This document shows positions 1-58,910 of a stretch of 64,000 nucleotides of DNA, piece by piece. Both the position numbers and the translations under genes were made by a program. This stretch comes from the human T2T-CHM13v2.0 reference genome, Homo sapiens. Position 1 is the first letter of the stretch. Each line of letters starts with the position of its first letter. Below the pieces are notes generated by a model. The model was not told the origin of the DNA, made no database searches, and saw nothing but the letters and a program-made list of their open reading frames with translations. Location: the NCBI RefSeq assembly GCF_009914755.1, contig NC_060942.1. The stretch is one strand, 5' to 3'.

Positions 1-250
1 AGACCAACCTGGGCAACATGGCAAAACACCTTCTCCACAAAAAATACAAAATTTATCCAGGTGTGGTGGTGTATACCTGTAGTCCAAGCTACTCAGGAGG
101 CTGACATAGAAGGATCACCTGAGCCCAGGAGGTCAAGGCTGCAGTGAGTGGAGATTGCACCACTGAACTCCAGCCTCAGCGACAGAGCAAGACCCTGCCT
201 TAAAAAAAAAAAAAAAAAAAAAAAAAAGAAAGAAAGAAAAGAAAGAAAAA
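1..250 (+). mobile_element. Alu (J-like), cut by the window edge, with poly-A/(GAAA)n tail
   Basis: Alu right-arm sequence gaggtcaaggctgcagtgag...gaccctg followed by an A-tail. Confidence 0.9.
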
Positions 251-389
251 AGCTTCTGCTTCATAGGTGATTTTGGTATGAACAGAGAATTCCTTATTTT
301 AATTCCTTCTTTCTTTCATATTCTTGCTTTCCTTAAAATAAAAGCACTTTACATTCGCATGGTGCTTTGTATATTTAAAATATGTCCTG

Positions 390-610
390 CAATGGTGACT
401 ATAGTTAATAATAGTATATGTTATATTTCAAAATTGCAAAGAAAGTACATTTCAAATGTTCTCACCACAAAAAATAAGTATTTGAGGTGATGCATATGTT
501 AAGTGTGATTTAATCATTCTACATTGCAGACATAAATCATAATATCACTTTGTGCCCCATAAACATATACAATTAAATTTTGTCAATTTGCAATAAGATA
601 AAAATATATA
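390..610 (+). mobile_element. L1M(A) 3' end fragment
   Basis: ggtgactatagttaataat...aaatgttctcaccacaaaaaataagtat...gaggtgatg resembles the L1MA 3'UTR. Confidence 0.75.
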
Positions 611-1026
611 TAAATCATGCTATTTAATCTTTATCCTAAAACTGCATACAAATGTTGGTGTTTTCACAGAGAAATACAGATTTCATTTGAAAAGTTTGTA
701 ATTGTGAGGAACTAGAATTACTTTCACGATCTTCTATATCAAAAGGGTTCATGAGGTAAATACACAACTAAAAATGAGACGTTAGTGAAGAATATTAAAA
801 ACCTCCTATATTTATGGGATTTTATAAATTAAATGAAATATGAAAAATGAAATAAAATCTCTTTTAAATTAAATAATGTAACAAAATCAAAGAGCACGGG
901 AAAATGAACAGAGCAAGCAAGAGAGAGCCCACAGAAAAATACAGAAAATATATGTTAATTTGAATTGTCTATTTTTCTCCATTCGGAGGTTTAAATTTTA
1001 GACTCAAAACACCTAAGGAAACTCAC

Positions 1027-46926
<45,900 letters not shown>

Positions 46927-47030
46927 CGGGATGCCGGGCAGGGCCAGGAGAACGCGGGCGCCGGGAGGGTGCCGAGAGCGAGACCTGCCGAGGTGCAGGG
47001 CGCGGGAGGTGCTTTTCTCGCCGCTGCTTG

Positions 47031-47100
47031 TTTTTAAGTGTATTTGGCCTCTCTCAGGCTTGCCTGCCCGGGAGCAACTTCACTTCTGAAACCGGATTGG
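47031..47100 (-). promoter_or_regulatory. DSC3 proximal promoter: TATA-like CTTAAAAA (47038-47031), p53/p63 element (47056-47081), GRHL-like AACCGGAT (47090-47097), CCAAT box (47100-47096)
   Basis: AGGCTTGCCT is a perfect RRRCWWGYYY half-site, followed by a 6-nt spacer and GAGCAACTTC (one mismatch). DSC3 is an established p53-family target. Confidence 0.7.
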
Positions 47101-50100
47101 ACCCAGAGGACGCGGAGAGGCCACTCCTTGTTATTTCTCAAGTTTTATCATCGCCGGCGCGGCTGAGGAGCTGCCCGAGCCTGCCCCTCTGCTCCCCAGC
47201 AGCCACCCGGGCGTTCGCGCTCGGGAAAGCGGTCTCTGGCGCACCCTCTGCCAGTTCTCCCACGCCCCTCGGCTGCCCCGCGGCGCTGCCGCCCCGCCCG
47301 GCCCGCAGAGAGGCCCTGGCAGCCCAGATCGTCCCAGGGCGGCCCCATCGCCGGCGCTGCGCGGTGCATCTCAATGCAGAACCCCAATCCGCCCGCAGGG
47401 ATCCCTGCCTCGACACGGGCTCTGCTGGATGCCAGGAACACCCTTGTCATTGGATCAGCGGATCTCCCCTTCGACGTCTGAACAAATTCTGCCAATGTTT
47501 TCAGATTAAAGCAAAATACATGTACTGTATTCTCTCCGGATTTGACTAACATGACAAAATACACGACAGAAGGAATTTATCCCAGATGGCATGATAAACA
47601 GTTTTTGGCATGTCAGAAATTAAAACCAAATTTAAGAAATTCTAATCTAACCATTTTTACGCACCCAAAATATGAGTGATTACACTCAGCGCTCTATTAA
47701 CTGTCAGTTTGGGGGACTCATATGAACCTTCTAAAAACGACTTTGTTCTTAGATGTGAATTATTGGTTTACTACTTACTGGTACCAAAATGAAATTTTTC
47801 AGGTGGTCAAAGGAATATCTACCACACAAAACCTTCTAAAACGAGGCTTACAGATTCTACATCATGCAACGACTATTTATCAGGGCCCGAAGTCGGCCAA
47901 GCTTTGTGTGAGGGCATGGAAGAAAGGAAATGCAGAAAATCTAGTTCCTGTCGGAAATAATTCAAAGTCAGAAAGGGACGAAAGACAATCATTCCTAGCC
48001 CAGTAGGCTACACTTTTTAATAGAGATGTCGTTTGTAACACCAGGGGGACATCCTCTTATTTCTCCCTAAACTGAATTTTAAGTTCCCCGAGTTCCCATC
48101 TACTGGATTCAGGAGGAAATCCCTCTCAGACATGAGATGCTACTCCTCGAAGTCCATTCAAAAGTTGCAAGGTCGGGAATTTCAGACAGCCAATTAATCA
48201 TGAAAGGGTGTTATGACCTTCATTCATCTCACTCTGGCTCAAGTCTAATAGACTCCTCGTCGTCTAAGCCATGTATTCCCTGAAGTCTGGGGCTTCCCTG
48301 AAACTCATGAGGCTCAGCTTTAAGGGCTCAGACACTCTAAGTTGAGCTTCCCAGTGTGAATCTCCCAGGCACCCGTCAGTGGAGGTCTCTGTATGTAAGA
48401 GCTCTTCCAGTCTCAGAGAAAGTTCTCCAAACTTCTCTCCACTCCAGGGTTTTCACCTCCCATCCTCCACGTGCCTCCAGCATGACCTCAGAGAAAGCTT
48501 CTCAAAGTCACTTCCAGCCCCCCAGCCCTCAGAAACTCAAGTAGAATGGTTTTCTTGAACTTAGATGAGTAAAGGAGATGGCTAGCACCAATCTCCCTCC
48601 CTCACCACTTTGAATTCACTGTTAGAGTGAAGGGTTGAGGTGTTAAGGCATTTTAGAGGAGAGGATCTAACTTAGCTGAAGAAAGCTTTGAAGAAGAAAA
48701 ATGTTGCGATAAGCCCAGCAAAGAAAAGGGAAAGGGTAGGAGAATGCTTCAAGATAACACAACATCAACAGGACATGAGAAGCTCTGGAGAGCCTTGTGA
48801 GAGTGCCCCAGGGTAAGAAAGCAGAAAGGGGTTGGTTCAGAATGGTTACATGCAATGGCTGGGAATTCGGTTAGAAAGATGGTTCATGACAAACCATGCT
48901 GAGGAATTTAATTTCATCCTGACAGAAATGGAGAACCATCCATTCAATGTGTGAAAAGGGTTAGTAACTACTGTTACAAAATTGTCACTTTTGGTGAGTT
49001 TGCACATATGAACCCATTTGTGCTGTAATATGGCTTTCTTTAATACCTAGGGAATGAAAGACTTTGAAGTGTTTGTCTTTATTCTAACTATTCTTAGTTT
49101 TTCTATGATTTCAACTCTATCTTCAGATTTATGAGAGTCTGGCCTGGTTAGGACTGTCCTTTGAAAGACTAAAACTCTAAAATTGCTATCCCCTGATTAT
49201 TTTGACTGTGCTGTGTAATAGAGGATATTTATTGTTAAGCCTACTGACTAATATGACAATTGCTGTGAGCTTCCATTTTTAGCTTCCGCAAAATAAAAGT
49301 TGTAGGAATCTGCTTTAGAAAAACTCGAAGAAAACATATTATGGATATTTTTAACTTGTATTGCAAAATTCTAGGTGCAATACGAACATTAATAACTGAA
49401 TGTAGTATTAGTAATGATTTTGGAATTTCCTGTTTGTCCACCATGAGTATATTAATCTAAGTCCTAATAAAAAGCAATGCATTTTTATCATATAAAGAAG
49501 AATCTTTACAACATAAATATGACTTGAGGATAAATTAAATTGCTTATATTTTTTGCTTATATTTTCCCATATAAATTATGATTTAAAATAGTTTGTTGAT
49601 TTTTTTTCAAATATGAGCTTCAGTTTAGATATAGTTAGAACTGGATGCTTTCTATTATAAAATTAATTTTAAATCATCATGAGGTATCATAAAGCATAAA
49701 GAGTTTTCTGAACTGTCTTTATCTTAATACCCTATCCCTCAAACTGCAAAGTCAGTTGGAAGTCACTGCTAAAAGGATAATGAGCCAAAATGGGAAAATA
49801 ATTTATTATTTTCCCTTGTTATGTTCTTAGTTTGAAGGGTAAGAGCAGCAATAACAAAGGATCAAAAATGGGAATTGACTTTAGACTAAAGAACAAAACT
49901 TCAGAAATTCAGGTGAATTGCAACATTTTCAGCAGAAAGCAAACAAGATAATGAAGAAGAGTACTCTTACTCTGGACCTATGAGAAATCTCTGACTACGG
50001 AAGAGCTAACTAGTCTTAGGAGGTGGGACCTGACCTCTGGCCCACGAGCCAGGCTGCCTTGCACAACTCAGCACCAACAGGTGCTAGTCTAACACACCTA

Positions 50101-53100
50101 CTCATCTCAGTGGCTTACCTGGACGGTGACATGGCAACTGTAGGTTTCCTCAAACACTCCTACGAAATACCGCCAGGACAACTGTACAATGTTTGAGACA
50201 AACTTACGAGAAAGAGCAGAGGAATTTATGAAAAAAAAAGCTTGAATTAAAAACAAGTAAAAGATTTGTTTACACCTGTGGCACAAAAATGAGTTCCGCC
50301 ATGGGACATGAACTCAGAAGCATGTTTGGAATATTATTTAGGATAAATAGCCGCAGTGTGACTAGAGGTTCTGCAGATTTCCCAGAGCACTATTGAGAAC
50401 AGCCACCACATTTTGGTCATTTCAAAAGACTGCTGGGGCCTTGAGGATAACAGAAGGTTTAAGTCAAAAGTCAATTATAAATATCGCATTGCTGCCCACT
50501 ACCAGAGCCGTCCCAGAATCCCTATGTGCCTCCTTCTCACCTATTTACCCATGGCAAGCACCTAATTAGCACTTGGTGCTAATTTCAATCCAATGAGAAT
50601 GCTACTCCACACAGCAATGAGGACCTCAACTCTAGATCCAAATGACCCTTGGCCTCCAAGGACATTTCCCCTTCCCCCTATTCTGCTGTGGGTCTCCTCA
50701 CGTCCTCACTTCTCATCCTAGGATTCATATCTCCCCAGAATGACTGACAGTAGGACTATCCCTTCCTCTCAGGAGAAAGCTCACGCCCATCCACAGAAAT
50801 GTGACCTTTCACTATAACCTTGGCAACAATCATTCAAAAGTCGGACATTTGTACATTTCTCAAATTCAGCATTATCCAGTCTAAGTAACACTATTACAAT
50901 AGTTTAATCCAAATAGGGTGTGCCAAGCTCAGAAAAGTTCCCTTCCAGTATCTCCTTGTTAATTAATGAGTCAAGATCTCTTACAATGGGGTTACTCTTC
51001 CTCCACTAAAATCTTCAGACTCCTTTACAAATATCCTCTTCTTCAACCAGTCCTTTTAAGGAGGGAGGAGCAATCTTCCAGTAACTTCCCACTGGCTGGA
51101 AGGAATGGTAATTTCCACACAAAAGACAAAACCCTATTGTGTGAGTGATAACTTCTTATAGCAACTAAACTAAAGCCATGTAACAAAGCCCTGATACAGG
51201 GTGAACTTTTTGTCCACCTCATCTCAGAATCATCACATAATTCTTCACTTTGATTTCCTCTAGTGTGAAAAATCTCTTTCCACTGGATGAGACTACAGTT
51301 TCTCCTGTATGTTCACATGTCTCCAGGAACTCACTCTATGCATCTGTCTGTTCAAAAGGCATTGCTCAAGAGTGAAGGTTACAGGTGTGAATGGGCTGAC
51401 TGCCAGACCTCATGTGTCATTGATCCCAGAGTCATTCCCTGATACATTGCCCCATCAGTCTTCTTTTTACTCAGAAGTTCAGGATGACCATTCCTTAACA
51501 TCAGCCTGGAGAAGTGGTGTATCCCCCAGCTTAGATGCCTATTAACTAGCTCTGGAGCAGAGAGGCAGCTTTTGCCACCAGCTCCCCATAGGCTAGCAAA
51601 TTGTTTAACTCAACAGTCATTTATTATTTTATTTGTTCATAATTACATATTAATTAATGCTATTTACCTCAAGATTTGTTCATCTTGATTTGTCTTTTCT
51701 TTTCAGCCTGCCCAGTTTCCCAAGCCTTTTGTCTCTAGATGAGGGGTAGCTTTCTACTAATTAGCTATTTAGTGTTCATTGAGTAGGCGCAATCCCACAA
51801 CAATAACCAGTTCTTTTCTTGCATTGCTTTCAAGGCTCATATCTGCATCTGTCTTTCAAATGTTATAAGCTACACCCCTCCCTAACTGATAAGCACTAGT
51901 CTTGACTTACACACATCTATGACGGGTTATACCAGATTTCTGTTTCTCTAAACAACTCTAATACAGAGGTCTTGCCTGAACATTTAAAAACTGAGTAGCT
52001 AGTAATAATCCTAGCAGGTGTGTACGCATGTATCAAAAAGGTTGTTTTGTTCCCCCTCCTAGTAAGATTGCAGCGTTCTTGACAAGTTCAATAAAATTGG
52101 TTATTTCTCCCTGTTTCCAAGTTCTGTTTAGACAATGGCCAAGGAAAGCCACGAACTTACTATAATCCTTCACTTTTCAAATGAGACTCTCTGACAAAAA
52201 TTGTCCTGCTGTGTCCCTGAAGTAATAATATTTTTTTAAGTTTCAGAATACATATATTGGAGAAAAGACATCTGCCAGAAGAACTGCTTTATTTCCTGCT
52301 CAAGACAATATTAAGTAGTGATCAGATTATTATCTGGGCCCTCTAATAATGAATTATGTGCTAAATTGCTGCACTGTCCCAAAGATCTAAGAAGAAATTA
52401 GAGACCTTGACCTGTCCCCCACTCCTCATATCCTAGGATGGGTGGAAAAAAAAGAAGTTGCAAACAGACAAGCACCATGAATATGATCATGACATCTTTT
52501 CCCTGTTATGATGAACTGCCTTTCTGTGATAGTCCCAAGATAATTGACATCAATTTTGGCCAGTCTTAACGTCTCCTTTCTCACTTGCTACACTGAGAGT
52601 TGGGCTTTTACTCTTCAGAGAGATTGGAAAGTGATTAGCACACACATGTTCTTAAGACATAAGATAAAGAATATCTTATTTTCTACCACATTCTTTATTA
52701 CAACATATAAATTATTCTTACAATAAGGTGGTCTGAGCCTTGCTCTGCCAGGCTTTCCCAGTGGCAGTTTTCCAAACTCATCAATTCATAGAATTAAGTA
52801 CTGTATTACGGCCATTGGCCAGAAGTAGGCCAGATGTTTTTTTTCTCCCAAGATTCTCTAAGGGCCTCTATCCTATTCCTCCCTTGGACTCTTTGTTTAA
52901 ATTTTGAACAAATGAGGGAAATGATCTTTAATTCACAATAAATATTTGTATTGAGCTATTATCAAGGCAAAAAAAATGAAATTATTTCAGCAGCAACATA
53001 ATACTATAAAAATGGCAAGATTTGTTCCAAGAATCACAAGGTTCCAAGGCGGCTCAACCTAGGGACTCTAACCCCTTCTGCTTAGAGACTAACTGAAGTT

Positions 53101-53299
53101 TTGAATTATTTGTCGACTTGTTTGATGTAGTTGCCTTGGGATAGGTCCATGTGTTTTTCAAATCTCTGGCCTCTTAATCTTGTAAAACTGGATAATTTTG
53201 AAAAGTATTTTTCCTTTTCCATTTGATCCAATTATTGTGATCCATACACCTATTCCCAGCCAGTTGGCCAAAGAATAATATTCCTGACCTTTCTTTCTT

Positions 53300-54480
53300 T
53301 AGTAATAATTTATATATAGTAAAATTCATAGGCCATAAATGTACAGTTCAATGAGTTTTGACAAACATATATGCCTATGTTACCATCATTCAGGTTAAAA
53401 TATTTCCTTCACCCCAGTTCATACTCATCCCTACCCTGGGGCAACCAGTGTTCTGCTTTCCGTCACAAAAGAATAGTTTTGACTTCTCTAGAATTTCACA
53501 TAAATGGAATCACACGTTGCATTAGTTATCTATTGCTGACTCAGTTTTTATCTACTAGACATCACTTGTGCATTACTCCAAAATTTAGTGGCTTAGAAGA
53601 GGGACTTATCTCACAGTTTCTGTGGAATCCAGGCATGGCTTAGCAAACCATATCTGGCTCAAAGGCTATCATACAGGCTGCAATCAAGATGGTTAGCTGG
53701 GGCTGCACTCATCTCAAGGCTGGATGAGGGAGGATCTGTTTCTAAGCTCACTCATGTAGCAGTTGGCAGACGTCCAGTTCTTGATGATTGTTGACCAGAG
53801 ACATCAGTTGCTTGTCACAAGGGCCTCTCTAGGGGATCAAACAACACGGGTACCTGGCTTCCCTCAAAACATACGAGAAAAATAGAGTTCCAAAAATGGA
53901 AGTCACAGTCTTTTTTAACTCAGTATCAGAAGTGACACCCTTTCACCTCTGCTGAATTCTACTGGTAGAAGTAAATCACCAGGAACAGTCCACAGTTAAG
54001 GAAAGAGTATTACACAGGGAAGTGACATCCAGGAGGCAGAGATCATTGGACACCATCTTCAAGGCTGAATGCCACGTGGTATCAATGCTTTTGTGTCTGG
54101 TTTCTTTCATTCAACGTATTTTAAATTAATACAATGTGTTTGAATATAGTAGCAAGATATCAGTTTTCATTTCTTTTGTATTTATATCTACTTGTAGAAT
54201 TACCTGGTCATAGGATAGATGCTGTCCTCAACTTTATTAAAAACTACCAGACCAATTTCTTACTTCTTGCTTAGTAATATATGTGAATTTCAGTTGTTCT
54301 ACAAACTTGCCAACACATTTTTGTCAGTCTTATAGTTTTAGCCATTGTGGGTATCTCATTGTGGTTTAAATTTGCATTTCCCTGGTGACATTATGTTTCA
54401 TTGTGTTTGGAATTTTCTCTGATGGCTATTGATGTTGAGTAATTTTTCCTATGCTTATTTGCCATTTGTAAGTACAATTG
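53300..54480 (-). mobile_element. L1M 3' fragment interrupted by an MLT1 LTR (about 53518-54075)
   Basis: gtacagttcaatgagttttgacaaa (L1); tgcattagttatctattgctg...ctcacagtttctgtgg...aagctcactcatg (MLT1). Confidence 0.7.
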
Positions 54481-54594
54481 GGTTGTTTGTTTGTTTTTTA
54501 TTGTTTTGTAACAATAATATTTACTAAATGTTAATGAAAATTTATTTATTATGTATAATATATACATTATTTAAATGTTTATTAAAAGAAATTT

Positions 54595-54812
<218 letters not shown>

Positions 54813-55169
54813 ATTAAATTTTGTGCACTTTGAATGGAATTATGTTTTATTTGTTAAAAACACAACTTGAATTTTCCTTTCTATTCCTCCTTTTCATAAG
54901 AACTGTGAAAGTCCTTGTTTCACAGGCTGAATTTATAGGTAGAAAGAAGAAGGCAAAATTGTCTTCTCTAGAGCATTACTATCTAAACTTTTAAACCAAA
55001 GGACCCTTTAAAGTTTTGTTGTGGTTGCCAAGGTAAAATTTATTGTCATGAAAGACAAAGGCCCAGCTCTGCAAATGACTCAAAGGTGTGGGAAGTTTCA
55101 GCTGCACCTGGGCCAGAACTGACTAAGGCCTGTTACGTCCACAAGTGACGTTACACATTTAGGAGCATT

Positions 55170-55390
55170 GTCATCAAGAGGAATCGTTTTGAACTTTGGC
55201 TGCATGTTGGTGTCTCTTGGGGAGCTTTTAACAAACACCAACCACCAGGCCCCACCTCAGAATCCACCTCAAACCAATTACATCAGAATCTTTGGGGATG
55301 GGAGCTCTATATTGTATGCTTTATGTTATTTAAAAGCTTCCCTGGATACTCTAATGTGCAGGTCAGGGAGGCAATTCTTGTTCTAGATAA
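55170..55390. mobile_element. MER5-like hAT-Charlie fragment
   Basis: aactttggctgcatgttgg...ggggagcttttaa...atcagaatctttgggg...ctaatgtgcag. Confidence 0.6.
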
Positions 55391-57589
55391 ATTATTCTCA
55401 AAATGTGTTTCCATAACCATTAGCATGTGCACCACTGGGAACCTGAATGTTCTTTACTGACTAAAATATGATGACAGAGATATAAGACCCACGAAATGAT
55501 GAGACCAATTTTGGAAGAATTCTGGTCTCTGGGTTTTTGTAAGAAGATGTTTCTTAAATAACCCTTTTTAAAGAATTGTTTTATTTTGATTTAGAAGCAA
55601 CGTCTCCATTCACCATTTCTTAGCCTTCTTTGCAGCACTTATATAATCCGTCTAATCTGTGTTTTAACAAGAAAGGCGTGGATCTACTTTTGCATACTTA
55701 ATGAGGTCCTTTCATGGTAGGCATCACAAAATGTACTGTAGTTCTACCCCTTGTATTGCCTGGACTGTTGTTATCTGTACTCCATTATTCTCACTCGCAA
55801 CATCTCTCCTTTGATTCAAACAAGTTTCAGTAGAAACCTACATCAAGAAAGTATTTATCCCACATACCCATTCATGTCCAGATCTTTCCTATCTTTAGTG
55901 AAAGATTTATGGCTGGAAAGCATCTAATGGTTCTTTTTCCCATGTGAAGGAAAAGAGTATTTATTCTAACCCCTGGATGTTGATGTTTTATCTGGCTTCC
56001 ACATAGACTATACTTGCCATTAAGATTTTCCTCTGCTTGCAGTAGACAAAACTCTCACAATTTACTTTGATGTCCACAGTCATTAGCCGGAAAAAAAAGT
56101 CCCCACATTATTTTGGTATTCTTTTCGTACTTGGATAGCCAAAATAATTATCTAAGGCTTTAGTAAACGTGGAACAAAGAAGGTGTTTCGACTGTCTTCA
56201 TACTAAATGGGGCGATACAATACCTTATTAGTCAAGGGTTTATGCCAGTCTTGAAATCAAACCCTACTTCTCTTTGAAATAGTTCTATTCATCTCTACTT
56301 AGAGGTTATGGATTTTGTTTTTGTTTTGATTTGCCCTAATTTCTTTCTTTAGCTCACACTTTGATTACTTTTTTGTCTTTCTAGCTCACACTCTCAACTG
56401 GAACATTAATAGTGTTATCGGGCCACATGTAATTAACAACGATGACTGCATAATGCCTGAAACAACAATTTTCTGACACACCTCTTTTAGGAAGACCAAA
56501 CAGCCCTGACAACTGAGCTAGTTTAAATAGCCTGAGAAATGGGTATTTTAGAGAGGTTTCCTGGGAAAGATTTGCTGAGATACCAACTTTGGTTGGAGAC
56601 TTGAATGATAGAAGAGATTGATGATCTGGAGTAAAAGCATTCTAGCCTGAAAGAACTGCAAGTGTAAAAGCCCTGTCCAAATAGCTGGGTATGTTCAGAG
56701 AACATAGAGAAGCCCACAAGTGCTGGAGCAGAATGAAGTAATGAGGGGTACTAGAACAAGAAGTAGAAAAAAAAAAAGATAAAAAACAACTCAATGGCCT
56801 AAAGAGGTTAGGTTTTGTTTTAATCTCATCTGTTCTTAAAAGCCACTGAGGATTTAGAGGGTGGCATGATCTAATTTATACATTTTTAAAATCACTTATG
56901 GTTGTTGCAAGAACACAGGTTGCAGAGGGCAACAAATGGCAGATGAAGTAAAACTTGGATTTGTAATATAACGTGAAGTTAGACCTCACAGGACGGACTG
57001 GGTTATAGATTGGAGATGGATTGTGAGAAAAAGAAAAGACTAAAACTAAAGGGTGCCTTTCAAGGGACTTGGACTAATTGTGTGAATAGAATGAATAAAT
57101 GGGGAATATTGTGAGTGAAAATAATTTGGGCTAAGAATCAAGGGGTTTTATTTGAACACATGAAATTTGAGATGCCTATTATAGATCCCAGTTGGGATGT
57201 ATTATTTAAAACTTTGGGAGTGGAAGAGAAAAGCTCGGGAGTGAATACAGACAGAGGTCTTTGGTACTCCAACTCCTAGAGTCGGGAGGGCAAGAGGAAC
57301 CAGCTTCCCCAGACTAAGAAGAGCAGCCAGTGATTGAGGAGGAGCATCCTATGAACATGGTGTCCCATAAGCCAGAGGACAGTTGGTCAACAAGAGGAAG
57401 TAATTAACTCTGGCACAGTCTTTTGAGGAGTCAATCAATTTGACATGTATAAAGTCATTAGTGATAACAAGAAATTAAGTTTTACTGGAGTGGTGATGAG
57501 AAAAATATGACTGTGGAGAGCCAAAGATAGACTAGGTAAAAGAATGAAGAAAACAAGACAGAGGCAGATGTTTCTCAGATCTTTGTTCC

Positions 57590-58600
57590 CTCACGCCTGT
57601 CACATCTTGGTTCTCCTGAAAGCAGAACCTAAAACACAGATGTGAGTGATGCTACTCTATTGGGATGTAAACCCAGAGGCAGAGGCAGAGAATGGGAAAA
57701 TATAAAAATCAATAAGAGGTGTGTTATTGAGCTGATTTATGCCATGGGTATAATCCTGTGGGTAATATCCTCTAAGATATGATGTAGAATGCATCTCAGA
57801 GTTGTATTCTGAAAAAAAAAATTTATTACTAAGTAACTCTGAGCTGCCCAAATCTTTCAAAACAGCACGTATTTATTGTCCACAGTTTTTGTATATCAGA
57901 AGTCTAGGCATGACGGAGCTGGGTCTTCTGCTTGAGAATCTCACCAGGCATTGGCTGGGCTGTGTTTTCATCAGGAGGCTCAACTGGGAAAGGACTCACT
58001 TTCAAGCCCAGTCATGTTCTTGGCAGATTTCCTCTTGCTGTATAACCAAAGGCCTGCTTTCTGCTGGCTATTGGCTGGAGGCCACTGTTTAGCCCTACAG
58101 GCCACCTGGAGTTTCTAGAGGATTTTACCAGGTGGACTTTCTTAACGTGGCTGTTACTTCCAAGCTAGCAAGGAAAACTTCTTCTCCAGTCTTCTAAAAT
58201 AGAGTCTTATATAACGTAGTCACAGGAATGATATCCTCTTACTTTGCCATGTTCTATTGATGAAAAGCAACTCATAAGTCCTACCAATGTTTCAGAGAAA
58301 GAAAATTACACAAAAGCATGGATACTAGAAAGCAGGAAACCACTGGGGGGTCTGCTCAACAAACTGGAAACCAGGACACATATTCATTGACTCCTGTTCC
58401 CCCTTGTTTGAGAGTGGGCCCTGAGGAACAATAACTCTTCTGACCTCTGGAGCCGTACCCACACACAGACCAAAAGACACTTCACAGGTGCTGCGGGTGG
58501 GCACTGGCAGCATAAAAGGAGCCATCAGCCTCAGCTATGCCACAACCCGGTGAAGAGGGGTTGTGTTGTGCCACACAAAAGAGATTTGCTACAGTGTCAT
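57590..58600 (-). mobile_element. ERVL LTR16-like element interrupted by an MLT1 LTR (about 57802-58360)
   Basis: ggttctcctgaaagcagaacc end motif; MLT1 motifs ctgggtcttctgct, ttggcagatt, tgccatgttctattg. Confidence 0.55.
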
Positions 58601-58669
58601 AAAGGGAACTGGAGAAAATAAAAAAATAGCTGAAGTGCAACTTAGTAAAGAAGTTTTATTCACATGAAA

Positions 58670-58910
58670 GAAGCAAATTGCATAGTGATTAAGAATTCAG
58701 ACTCAGGAGCCAGACTGCCTAGTTCAAATATTGATTCTGTCGCATTGTATTGTCACTCTGAGCTAGTTATCTAACCCTCTGTGCCTCAGTCCATAAAATA
58801 ATAAGAAAAAGAATTCCCGATTTGGGTAAGAATAAAAATAAGTAACAAATGTAAAATTTTACAACAGGATATGGCACATAATAACTACTAATGTACATGA
58901 TACCTATTAT
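58670..58910 (+). mobile_element. MIR SINE
   Basis: gcatagtgattaaga..cagactc.ggagccagactgcct.gttcaaat...ctctgtgcctcagt. Confidence 0.75.

Noticed and set aside
991-1026. Read-through of the exon-15 donor giving a [11 protein letters not shown] tail
   Set aside because: The donor GAA|GTGAGT is good and I saw no canonical AATAAA close downstream; no support for an intronic end.
48038-48051. CTCF-like ACACCAGGGGGACA
   Set aside because: Mismatches at key core positions; cannot be supported without ChIP data.
50564-50584. Hairpin AATTAGCAC-TTG-GTGCTAATT (similar 8-9 bp stems near 2391, 12850 and 62390)
   Set aside because: Stems this short are expected by chance in 64 kb and are too short for a pre-miRNA; no ncRNA motifs.
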